Below, piece by piece: positions 44,797-53,724 of a stretch of 55,413 nt of DNA. The stretch's first letter is position 1; every line of letters starts with the position of its first letter. The notes beneath the pieces are model-generated. The model saw only the letters and a list, made by a program, of their open reading frames with translations, did not search any database and was not told the DNA's origin. The stretch is taken from the IMG/VR virus record IMGVR_UViG_3300034027_000007, positions 1 to 55,413 of that record. One strand, given 5' to 3'. A program made the position numbers and the translations under genes. The DNA is from a virus. Lineage: Duplodnaviria; Caudoviricetes.

Positions 44797-46254
44797 TCAA
44801 ATAGGTATCAGGGAGCCGCCGCGACTGTCTGGCGGTCTATCATCAGACTGATTGCCCGTTTCAATCGGTGCATCGCTGAGTTTATTTGTGGGTTGCGGTG
44901 TTTCTGGCGATTTGTTCGCGGTTCCTGTGGAGTTGGCGGGTTGTGCCAGCACGGCGGCTTCACTTGCCTCTAACTTCAATTCCTCAAGCTCTCGCTCGAT
45001 ATCTGCTGTAAAACCCAATTGCTCAATAGCCGTGCGGCGAGATACCAAACCGCGATCGCGAGCCTCTAACACTAATTTTTTGTGTTCATCGCCCTGATAG
45101 ATGCGCGGTAAAATCTTTACAACTACTTTTTGTTTTACGCCTAAAAAATAGTTAGCAACAGTCAATAAATCGCTAATATAGTAACTAAATTTGCGCGAAT
45201 CGCTCCTAACTAAATTAGCAAAATCAAAGCGGCTTTGCTCTCTACTGATGCCGCTTAAAACTAAATTAGACCCTAGTATAAAAGTCTGGCTTGTTTGTTC
45301 GTATATAGACAAGCTAAAACCGCTAACAGTGTTTAAAAAGGTTTCTGGATCGCTTGGTTCTTCGATCTTTACTTCTGGTTTGGTGTAGTTTGTTATCTGC
45401 TGTTTTTCGTCTTTAAGCGGTAAGCCCTGGATGAACTGCACCACACCCGCCCCTGTTGGTAGTCCTTCCGGTCTAGGCGTAAATTTTGCCCTACCTCGGC
45501 TATCATAAGCCCATTCGCCGGGAGGTTGCGCGTTGAGGACAGATTTTTGCACCCACCCACCTTTTAACAGGTTATTTACTAACAGCGTAAGCGCTGAGTT
45601 GATTGCGTTCTGGTTTTCTTTCAGTGACTCGGTTACAAGTTGCGGCAAGTTGACCTCAACTATAGTGAAACCGCCGCCTAGATCGAGTTTTAACTGTTCC
45701 GTTACGCGCTCGCCGTCTACTGTTTCAATAACTGTTAAACCGTTCTGTAAATACTGTCTTTCGATTAACGATCTGCCGTCCTGATAATAAGCGTAATCAA
45801 ACCTATATAAAGTGTTGTCATTATTCCGATATGCTCGAACACTATGCTTGGGCGGACAGTGTACCTCTAAGGCTTCTTTTTTTGTTTCGGATGTATAAGT
45901 TTTCTGGAAATATAGCCGCAAGTAGGCCCGCCCCTCAACTTTCGCTTTGGTAGCCGCTTCCTCGAACGGGTGGCCGAACAGTCCCGAGTTTTCCCTCTCC
46001 CACTTCTGTAACAAGTCTTTCAAAAGCGGATCGACTTCGGATAAGTGGGAGGCTGAGAGCGCCGAGACGTGCCTGTTGACTACTTCCTTAATTTTGTTGC
46101 AGCTTTGAAAGTTCCGGGCGATGATCCGGGACGTGATGATATTGCTTTCTTGAGTCAAATCGAGAATGGTGCTTAGCCATTCTGTAACGAACACCTCGCC
46201 CGTGTACCAACCCCAAGCCGGGGCTTCCAGAAAATCAGGATAATTTCGATACAT
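44797..46254 (-). CDS. Portal protein (SPP1 gp6-like)
   Basis: 485 aa; NKIKEVVNRHV, GRAYLRLY, LSGISREQ, GLVSRRTAIEQLG..DIERELEEL. Confidence 0.8.
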   Translation of the reverse strand: MYRNYPDFLEAPAWGWYTGEVFVTEWLSTILDLTQESNIITSRIIARNFQSCNKIKEVVNRHVSALSASHLSEVDPLLKDLLQKWERENSGLFGHPFEEAATKAKVEGRAYLRLYFQKTYTSETKKEALEVHCPPKHSVRAYRNNDNTLYRFDYAYYQDGRSLIERQYLQNGLTVIETVDGERVTEQLKLDLGGGFTIVEVNLPQLVTESLKENQNAINSALTLLVNNLLKGGWVQKSVLNAQPPGEWAYDSRGRAKFTPRPEGLPTGAGVVQFIQGLPLKDEKQQITNYTKPEVKIEEPSDPETFLNTVSGFSLSIYEQTSQTFILGSNLVLSGISREQSRFDFANLVRSDSRKFSYYISDLLTVANYFLGVKQKVVVKILPRIYQGDEHKKLVLEARDRGLVSRRTAIEQLGFTADIERELEELKLEASEAAVLAQPANSTGTANKSPETPQPTNKLSDAPIETGNQSDDRPPDSRGGSLIPI

Positions 46255-46529
46255 ATTTCTTAACCGTTTTGAGAAAGTTGGCCCGATCGATTTGTTGCGT
46301 ATTGTTCAATCTTAAGCCAGAATGAGAGTTGAGCCTGTGTTCGAGGGTTTCCCTTTAAGTGTAGGCAAAAAAAAGTTCTCAGAGCCGCTTCTGTCAGACT
46401 TTTATCATCGCCCCGGCAAGGGCAACAAGTCGCAAAAACGGGTAAGAACCCAAAACATACAAAAAATGAATGATTCCTTAAATTATAGCGGCTCTGAGAA
46501 TCGATTGGCAACCCCCAAGGTCAACGATT

Positions 46530-49500
46530 ATGAGCAAATATAAATTAGCCAGCAAAAAAAATCTCTGCCCTGTGTGCGGGGCCCATAAAGATTGTAAAGA
46601 ATTACTTGGCGGCACTCAAATACTCTGGCTGTGCAAAAAACAGGGATCGTTAAACAAAGGTGAGAAAATACCCGGCACAGATCACAATATTTGGATTTGT
46701 TTAAAACCTGCTGAGGCCGCGATCTGGGCAACGATGGCGATCGCTGACGATCAGGAGATAACCCCAGAGGAACGAGCCAAGCGTAAAGCCGATTTGGACG
46801 CTCGCCAGCAAGAGGAAAAACGCAAGCGACAAGAAGCGCTCGCGATGGAGATGCCGGCCGGCGAGAGGGACGAACACTACAGAAAGATTTTTAGCCGCCT
46901 AGTCTTGACGAGCGGCGACTGTCAAAACTTGCTCGATCGGGGCTTTACTGAGGAACTATTGAGGCTGACAGGTTTTATATCTGTTGATAAGTCTCAAGTG
47001 ATTAGCGGCCTCTATCCTGACAATTTACCGGGATGCGTAGCGAGCGGCGGCAACAGTTGGCTGCAAGTTTCGGGGCCGGGTATCCTTTGCCCGTTTCCTG
47101 ATGAGCAAGGGCGGATCGTCGGTGCTCAGTTGCGGCTCAGGACTACTGGCGAGGATGAATCCCGTTATCGCTGGTTTGGTTGGAACAATGCAAGCAACTT
47201 GAACGGTGAGAAGCCGATCGCTTGTTGGGATTTTTCGCAGTCCGAGCAGCAGGATCGGATCTGGTTGGCTGAGGGTACGGGAATTAAACCCGCACTGGCT
47301 AGCTACCGATTGCGAGCACCTGTCGCGGGGGCGGCGGGGGGACTGTTTTCGAGCAGCCCCCAAAACACTCTGAGAACTCTAGAGCATCTGGCCGCTAAGT
47401 ACGGCACAAGGATGCTGGTAATGGCAGTTGACGCGGGGGACGTTGTTAATAAAGACGTGATCAAGCGGTTGCAGCGTCAGCGTAAATTCTTGCAAGATAA
47501 CGGGTATAACGTGACCTTTGCTTGGTGGGGTCAAGTTACAAAAGAGCATGATGATATTGACGAGCTAGCCGATCTAAGTGCAATCGCATACCTCGCCCCA
47601 AATCAATTCGATGCGATCGTTGCAGAAGCCAACGCACCGATAACCGATGAAGTGCGATCGCGATCGCAGTTAGTAGTGCAACCGCCGCGCCGCGATCGCA
47701 GGGAAGAAGCGCAACAGCAAGCGAAAGAAGTGAAAGAAGCGCGATCGGTGGTGCGGTTACAGCCTCCTGAGATTGAGCGTCCGAAAGGGTGGAAATCTTG
47801 GCAGAACTGCCGGAAGTTTACGCCGGACATTATACAAAGCAGTGAATTTGTAAAGTTTGACGCGCCAGAACCCGGCACAATTCTGGCTGTTAATGCTGGT
47901 TTGGGGACGGGTAAAACTAAAAATTTGGAGGATTTATTTGCACCCGGCGGTGCGTATGAAGGCAAGGGCGCGTTTGGTTTCTTTGCACGTAACAGCTTGA
48001 TCTATAATTTTATAGGCAGAATTCCATCATTCACGCATTTGAATGAGGAATTACTCATAATGCTGAGAGATCCGGGATCTCGTTTTGCATTGTGTACAAA
48101 CAGTTTAAAGAAAATTACAAACCCAGAATGGTTTGAAGGTAAGATTCTAATTATTGACGAATTCCCAGCAGTATCGCTGCACCTTGCTTGCAGTGCAACA
48201 CACCGGAAAGATCGCATACAATCTTTAGAAATATTTAAACAGGCATTTACGCTTTGCGAGTCGGTAATTATATTAGGCGGCGACCTTACCGACTGGCAGG
48301 TAGAATGGGCGGGCAAACAAGCGCCAAATAAGAAAATAGTCAAGCTTAAAAACAACGGCAAAAGACCGAGGGCAAAAGTCGAAATTTTGTTAGGAACTCC
48401 CACAAAATCGGGAAGCTTTGACAGTGCCAAATTATCGCCTTTTATTGCGCCTATTGTTAGTGCAAATCAGCCTATTACTATTTTCACTGACAGCCAAAAA
48501 CTAGGCGAGCAAATTGAATTACTATTAATTGACGCTGGTAAAAAAGGTTTAAGAATAGACTCTAAAACGGTTTATCCTAAAAGCGAGGCGAGACTCTGCC
48601 TTGATAATTGCAAGAAGTGGATTGAGGCAAATTTGCCCGATTATCTTCTCTGCTCGCCTACTTCCGAAAGCGGTGTTGATATGAATTTACCGGGCTATTT
48701 CTCTGATAGTTACGGCTTGTTTAGAGGAATTCTGGCAACCGATCAGCAGATGCAAATGATGGCGCGCAACCGCGATCCTAATTGCAACTGGCACATAAGT
48801 GTGCCTAAGCAGAGTTTTTTAAGGGGAAGCGACAAAGATTACAATTTAGACAATATCAACGCAGCAGCTAACAAATTGTTGGAGTTAGCTGAGATGGACA
48901 TCTCGCATTTACGCCTAAATAAGGACTGGTTAGGCGAGACTTTCTTACAGTACATTGAGGAAGCTCACAACGATGTCAATAACTTATTTGCTTTGAAATA
49001 CAGGGCAAAAGAAGCATTCGAGAAAGAGAATTTAAGAGAGTGCTTAATATTTGCTTTAGAGGAAGCCGGCCACGAGATAAACCAGACAGCTTATTTTGAA
49101 AATGCCAAAACGGAAGCGGAACTAAAAGCCGCTGGGGAAATGGTGAAAGACGCAACTGCCGCTCAAATCTTCCATGCGGAAGATATAACCGAGAAACAGG
49201 CAGAGGACTTAAATGCTAAGTGGGCATCGACTTGGGAAGATAGGGTGAAACTGATTAAGGCAGGCTATAAGAAGCTATTGCCGGGTATAGACGAGACAGA
49301 GTTTTGGAATAAAGAATTTATCAAGTTTCTGAAGTACGATCACCCTAAAGCGATAGCCGGGGCTGAGTTGCTGTACCTGTTCAAGAATCCCGATTTGGCA
49401 AATAAGAAGCAACACAATTTTTGGGCGAAAATAGCCACTGAGCGAGCGATTTTCTTGCCTGATATCACATCGTCTCACCTCAAGGTTAAAGCCCTGCAAT

Positions 49501-50150
49501 TCATCAATTTTGAGCGGTTTTTAGACCCTGATAAAACTTGGCACAAAAACAGCCCTGAGATTTTGGAATTGGTCAAGCTAGGGAACAGGCCGCGAGTGTA
49601 CAACGTGTTAGGGCTGTTTGTCCCCAAGTTTACAAAAGGGAAGCGCAAGGGCGAATATGATGGCATCACTTACCTGCGAAAATTGCTCGGCATGGTAGGG
49701 CTGCAATTGGGCCCGTGTCAGCAGAAGCAAGTTGAGGGCAAGCGCTTCAATGAGTACGCGCTCGATCGGGTTTGGTTGGAGAATCCTGTTAGGGTGGCGA
49801 TCGCTGACGCGGTGGCCCGGCGCTATGAAGAGTTTAGTCTCAATTGGGTGATGCCAGAAGTGCTGACAACACCCGTGCGTGACGTGTTAGAAGCCGTTGA
49901 GCCGCCAGATTTGACCAACGAGCCGGAAACTGATCCGGATGGCTTAAATTGGCGTGAGATCGAATTAGAAGTTAAAACACCTTTTGGCAAGTTGAGGGAG
50001 GGCGATCGGGTGATGCCGATCAGCCAACCGAGGCGCAAGGGCGAAAGCGAAAACTCTTGGCTGATATGGATCAAGTCTGCTGTTGGTGTGTTTTTAGTCG
50101 ATCTCGGGATGTTACAATTGTATTTTGAGATGCTCCCGCCCACAGTTTAG
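46530..50150 (+). CDS. Plasmid replication protein, CyRepA1-like primase-helicase
   Basis: N-terminal CPVCG..DC..C zinc finger, GAQLR, RYRW, LAEGTGIKP, DIDEL (TOPRIM-like), AGLGTGKT, IIDEF, CSPTSESGVDM, QMMARNR. Confidence 0.88.
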   Translation: MSKYKLASKKNLCPVCGAHKDCKELLGGTQILWLCKKQGSLNKGEKIPGTDHNIWICLKPAEAAIWATMAIADDQEITPEERAKRKADLDARQQEEKRKRQEALAMEMPAGERDEHYRKIFSRLVLTSGDCQNLLDRGFTEELLRLTGFISVDKSQVISGLYPDNLPGCVASGGNSWLQVSGPGILCPFPDEQGRIVGAQLRLRTTGEDESRYRWFGWNNASNLNGEKPIACWDFSQSEQQDRIWLAEGTGIKPALASYRLRAPVAGAAGGLFSSSPQNTLRTLEHLAAKYGTRMLVMAVDAGDVVNKDVIKRLQRQRKFLQDNGYNVTFAWWGQVTKEHDDIDELADLSAIAYLAPNQFDAIVAEANAPITDEVRSRSQLVVQPPRRDRREEAQQQAKEVKEARSVVRLQPPEIERPKGWKSWQNCRKFTPDIIQSSEFVKFDAPEPGTILAVNAGLGTGKTKNLEDLFAPGGAYEGKGAFGFFARNSLIYNFIGRIPSFTHLNEELLIMLRDPGSRFALCTNSLKKITNPEWFEGKILIIDEFPAVSLHLACSATHRKDRIQSLEIFKQAFTLCESVIILGGDLTDWQVEWAGKQAPNKKIVKLKNNGKRPRAKVEILLGTPTKSGSFDSAKLSPFIAPIVSANQPITIFTDSQKLGEQIELLLIDAGKKGLRIDSKTVYPKSEARLCLDNCKKWIEANLPDYLLCSPTSESGVDMNLPGYFSDSYGLFRGILATDQQMQMMARNRDPNCNWHISVPKQSFLRGSDKDYNLDNINAAANKLLELAEMDISHLRLNKDWLGETFLQYIEEAHNDVNNLFALKYRAKEAFEKENLRECLIFALEEAGHEINQTAYFENAKTEAELKAAGEMVKDATAAQIFHAEDITEKQAEDLNAKWASTWEDRVKLIKAGYKKLLPGIDETEFWNKEFIKFLKYDHPKAIAGAELLYLFKNPDLANKKQHNFWAKIATERAIFLPDITSSHLKVKALQFINFERFLDPDKTWHKNSPEILELVKLGNRPRVYNVLGLFVPKFTKGKRKGEYDGITYLRKLLGMVGLQLGPCQQKQVEGKRFNEYALDRVWLENPVRVAIADAVARRYEEFSLNWVMPEVLTTPVRDVLEAVEPPDLTNEPETDPDGLNWREIELEVKTPFGKLREGDRVMPISQPRRKGESENSWLIWIKSAVGVFLVDLGMLQLYFEMLPPTV

Positions 50151-50158
50151 GAGTCAGA

Positions 50159-50431
50159 ATGGAACGGCATAAAATGCGGTTGGTAAGGAACCGCAGAACG
50201 CTCAATAGCGAGCAAATAACGTATGAATCAGTTTTAGCAGATGCCTTAAAAGGTATCTCTGAGGGTGTGGTTGTATTGTGCGATATTATGCACAATGCAG
50301 AGTCAGATAAAGATAGAATAGCCGCAGTCAACGGGTTACTGAATATCGGAGTAAAACTCGCGGGGGTTGCTGTTGTTGAACAGTTGCCGCTGTTAAAAAA
50401 GTTAGAGGAAGATGTCAGGAAATCTGCATAA
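50159..50431 (+). CDS. Putative terminase small subunit
   Basis: SDKDRIAAVNGLL..LKKLEE helical pattern; AGGAG RBS; overlaps terL. Confidence 0.6.
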   Translation: MERHKMRLVRNRRTLNSEQITYESVLADALKGISEGVVVLCDIMHNAESDKDRIAAVNGLLNIGVKLAGVAVVEQLPLLKKLEEDVRKSA

Positions 50432-51860
50432 TGTCGCACATAGAATTACTGCCTTAAAAGGCAAGGTTGAGCAGAAAAAGAAAAAGTCAACGGCGCTAAT
50501 TGTGCCTAAAACTTTTGATGATTTTTGCTCGGGCATTACAATGCGAAGCGGCGGCAAAATGCGGCAGTTTCAAGCGTATAAATATCAAGTGCTGCTTGAC
50601 TGGCTAATAGAAAAATACAGCCCTGTTACTGTATTAAAAACGCGACAGTTAGGCACTACACAGATGATGATTGCGCGAGCGCTGCATAAAGGCTCGCAAA
50701 ATCCTGCATATCAAAGCAGTTTTTTTATGCGGAACGATGGGGACGCCACCGCCATCAAAACCCGCACATCCTGGCTAGCAAGGGAAGCAAAGCTAGAATT
50801 AGAAATAGATAACGACAAATTAATCAGACTGCTAAACGGTGCAGAATATCGGTTTTATAACAGCGGTAAGGAAGGCAATAGAAGCGCGGATTCTTTATGT
50901 TTTGCAGTGTTTGATGAGGCTGCATTCAATCCTAATATAGCTAGCATATACGCAGCTAGTACAGCATCTACAATACTCACGGGCGAGGATGCCAAAATTG
51001 TTATAGTATCAACGCCATCAGCGCGATCGGGTTGGTATTGGGACAATATCAGCGAAAATAACGGCGGTCGCGATATTGAGGAAATCTGCCGCGAAGTAGG
51101 AAATTTAAACCTTTACAGCAACGATCTACCGGGTTTTTACTGGTTTCCAGATGAAGCGGACGGCTGCAAAGTTTTTGTACATTGGCGCTGTCATCCAATT
51201 TATAGTCAGTGGGATGATTTTGTTGAGCGTATGGCTCGCAAATATAAGCTTGACATGATGGACGCCGAAAGAGAATATAATATGGTGTTCTGCGATCCGG
51301 CGATCGAAGTGTTTCCGGCTGAGTTTATTATTGAGGCTGAAAACTTAGAATTAACCCCTAGAAATAGGGGCTGTTATATTGGTTTGTATGTTTCAGAAAC
51401 ACATTCCCATGCTGTTAGTTATTGCGACGGTGCGGTTATTTCTAGTGCTAGCGAGAAAAACCCCTCAGCAAACACGGCGATCGGTTTGGTTCCGATGGTT
51501 GCAGAGAGTTATTTTATTAATACAATTGCTGTAAAACAAGCAGACGGCGGGGAAGCCATCGCCCGCAGATTGCGGCAACTCTATCCCGGTGCAACTGTTT
51601 TAGAGGTTGCAAAGTCCGATTATCCCAACACAATAGCAAATTTAAGCCTGCTGTTAGAGAATAGACTGATTGCTATACCCAAGTACACAGCATCACCTAG
51701 ATCCAGCCCTATAGCCAAGCATTTAAGAGATTTTAGGAGACAAGAGGGCAAGCTCGGCTCGCTCGACAAAAATAAAAGGGATGATGGAGCCTGGGCCCTT
51801 GCGTTTAGCGTTTGGGCAAGCGATTACAATTGTCAAGAATTACCTATTGGAACTCGATAA
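50412..51860 (+). CDS. terL: Terminase large subunit (ATPase intact, nuclease motif degenerate)
   Basis: YKYQ, VLKTRQLGTT, AVFDEAAF, IVIVSTP, REY; C-terminal YIGLYV...RDDGAWALA. Confidence 0.9.
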   Translation: MSGNLHNVAHRITALKGKVEQKKKKSTALIVPKTFDDFCSGITMRSGGKMRQFQAYKYQVLLDWLIEKYSPVTVLKTRQLGTTQMMIARALHKGSQNPAYQSSFFMRNDGDATAIKTRTSWLAREAKLELEIDNDKLIRLLNGAEYRFYNSGKEGNRSADSLCFAVFDEAAFNPNIASIYAASTASTILTGEDAKIVIVSTPSARSGWYWDNISENNGGRDIEEICREVGNLNLYSNDLPGFYWFPDEADGCKVFVHWRCHPIYSQWDDFVERMARKYKLDMMDAEREYNMVFCDPAIEVFPAEFIIEAENLELTPRNRGCYIGLYVSETHSHAVSYCDGAVISSASEKNPSANTAIGLVPMVAESYFINTIAVKQADGGEAIARRLRQLYPGATVLEVAKSDYPNTIANLSLLLENRLIAIPKYTASPRSSPIAKHLRDFRRQEGKLGSLDKNKRDDGAWALAFSVWASDYNCQELPIGTR

Positions 51861-51917
51861 TAAATAAGAATAAATGATATTACAAATTAACCTGATTTGT
51901 TTGTGTTAGTATCTATA

Positions 51918-52120
51918 TGTGGTTGGTAGTAGCTCTCCAACCGCTCGCAAGTATCGTCACTGCTTGCGGCGCATTTGTTCAAAAGGCTAGTTTTAATTAA
52001 CAAACGGCTCTAACGGTTCATCCAATATCAGATTTAACAGCCTCCTGTTAAAATTTGGTAGTGTTTCTCAAAGTCTAAAGGCAAAAATCGAGGGTAGCGC
52101 GGCTAACCCTCGATTTTTGT
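51918..52120 (+). ncRNA. Candidate structured small RNA
   Basis: TGTTAGTAT -10-like element, three hairpins and a strong terminator; no ORF in the supplied track. Confidence 0.3.
52082..52120. terminator. Intrinsic terminator
   Basis: CAAAAATCGAGGGT-loop-ACCCTCGATTTTTG. Confidence 0.8.
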
Positions 52121-52146
52121 GTTTTAATGTTTTTACAGTTTGAGGT

Positions 52147-52431
52147 TTGACAGCAATGGAATTAGAACATTTAAAGGCAACAGCCGAGGAAGCGATCGCT
52201 AATGCACAGAGCAATCCTTTTAGCGTTAAGCTCGGTTTAGTGCCAATGGTGCAAGTATATAAACTTACACCTATGCAGGGGCTTCCCGAGTCAATTAAAT
52301 GCGTGTATGTAGGCAGGAGTCACAATTTGTACGTTTACAACTTAAACGCCGCTGACTTGCTAACCTGGATAAAATTACAGGAAACAGCGCGGCAATTTAT
52401 AAACGAGTGCTTAAACACAAATCAAAAATAA
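52147..52431 (+). CDS. Hypothetical protein
   Basis: GAGG RBS; followed by a terminator at 52430-52456. Confidence 0.55.
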   Translation: MTAMELEHLKATAEEAIANAQSNPFSVKLGLVPMVQVYKLTPMQGLPESIKCVYVGRSHNLYVYNLNAADLLTWIKLQETARQFINECLNTNQK

Positions 52432-52480
52432 AACCAGCGGACGGTGCTGGTTTTAAGGTTGGGCTTAAGATAGGTTGAGC

Positions 52481-52831
52481 TTAAGATAGGTTGAGCTTGT
52501 AAATCCTTTCGAGGTCTTGTTTGATTTCAACCTCTAAGTTAACAAAAAACTCGCGGACGGTGCGGCCCTGGTAAGTGTTAGCCACCATTGCGAGCGCTCT
52601 AAACCCCTCAATGCTCAAAAGGTATTTTTGAGGCTGTTTCTTGCTAGATGGCGTTAAATACTTGATGTAATCGTACCCGTGTATAAGTTGGGCAATTAAA
52701 CGGCGGCCGGCTTGGTTCCGGTTCCGATAGCCTAACACTTCCCAAACTTCATCAAAATCAATCCCGAACTTAATACCCTCTTGCTCTGAGGCTATTGCCT
52801 TTTTTACTATCTGTGCTATCATTTCTTTCAT
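52481..52831 (-). CDS. AntA/KilA-like (antirepressor-type) DNA-binding protein
   Basis: IDFDEVWEVLGY..GYDYI..KYLLSIEGFRALAMVANT.QGRTVREFFVNLE; ACAGGA before the ATG at 52831. Confidence 0.7.
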   Translation of the reverse strand: MKEMIAQIVKKAIASEQEGIKFGIDFDEVWEVLGYRNRNQAGRRLIAQLIHGYDYIKYLTPSSKKQPQKYLLSIEGFRALAMVANTYQGRTVREFFVNLEVEIKQDLERIYKLNLS

Positions 52832-52898
52832 GCCGATTATTCCTGTAAATTGGCTGCTGATGTACGCTCGGGGTGTTTGCCGCACCCCGTCAGCTAAT

Positions 52899-52920
52899 TA
52901 CTTATACCACCCTATCTTAG
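52899..52920 (-). promoter_or_regulatory. Conserved promoter/operator element (copy 5)
   Basis: TACTTATACCACCCTATCTTAG. Confidence 0.65.
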
Positions 52921-52932
52921 TATTTCAGTCAT

Positions 52933-52960
52933 AAAAAAAACTCGCTCACAGCGAGTTTTT
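52933..52960. terminator. Intrinsic terminator
   Basis: AAAAAAAACTCGC-tcaca-GCGAGTTTTT. Confidence 0.75.
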
Positions 52961-52981
52961 GAGTATCAAATCAATATTTGA

Positions 52982-53491
52982 TTATTGATTTTTTTGGGCT
53001 TCTATATCAGATTTATGTAAAATCCCTGCACTTGGCTTGTCTAAATCTTTGTAGAACTCTTGCACTTTTTCTTTTAGTGCTGGATTGTATTGAAACCATC
53101 TGATATCATTTTCGCGATTTGATAATTCCCGAATTAGCCCCTGACATAATGCGTTAAATCTTTCAATTGTCGGGTAATCTTTAATTACAACTGCCGACAA
53201 TACTTGCACCGCTCCCTGCTTAACTAAATCATCGGGTATAGGATACTGTACAGCTATAATTCGGCGGTTTAATCTGACACTTTGCTGATAGCACGTATCA
53301 ACGCGCTCTATCCTAGTGGTAGTAAATTCCGAGGAAATTTCTTGAGATGCTGGATAAATCAACCACAACAAAAGACAAAATAAACTAAGAGAAAAGAAAA
53401 CAAAAAACTTTTTTCGAGTGTTAATAGCAGCCAGCAAGCGTTCAAACGCGCTCACAATAGCATTTAACAACTCAACAATGGAATGGATCAT
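52982..53491 (-). CDS. Single-pass membrane protein (possible lysis or exclusion function)
   Basis: RKKFFVFFSLSLFCLLLWLIYP transmembrane segment; GAGGA RBS. Confidence 0.65.
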   Translation of the reverse strand: MIHSIVELLNAIVSAFERLLAAINTRKKFFVFFSLSLFCLLLWLIYPASQEISSEFTTTRIERVDTCYQQSVRLNRRIIAVQYPIPDDLVKQGAVQVLSAVVIKDYPTIERFNALCQGLIRELSNRENDIRWFQYNPALKEKVQEFYKDLDKPSAGILHKSDIEAQKNQ

Positions 53492-53724
53492 GATATCCTC
53501 TACAGCAATCGTTTTTGTAAAGCTACTTATAGTTTAACAACCTAACTCAACTAGATCCGGAAATGTGCGGATTTTAACAAAATTGTACTGTATACTTAAA
53601 GTTTTGTTGGCAGCACATTTTTTTAGTGAGATTTATAAAGCTTGTGTAAAGTCTGAGTAATGTCCTGAAATGTAAGATAAGGTAAGATAGAGTTAAATAG
53701 CAAACCACCTTAAAAGGTTACAAA

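Noticed and set aside
46111-46137. Additional copy of the 11-bp repeat in the portal gene
   Set aside because: Spacing is 12 bp and the match is poor; probably chance
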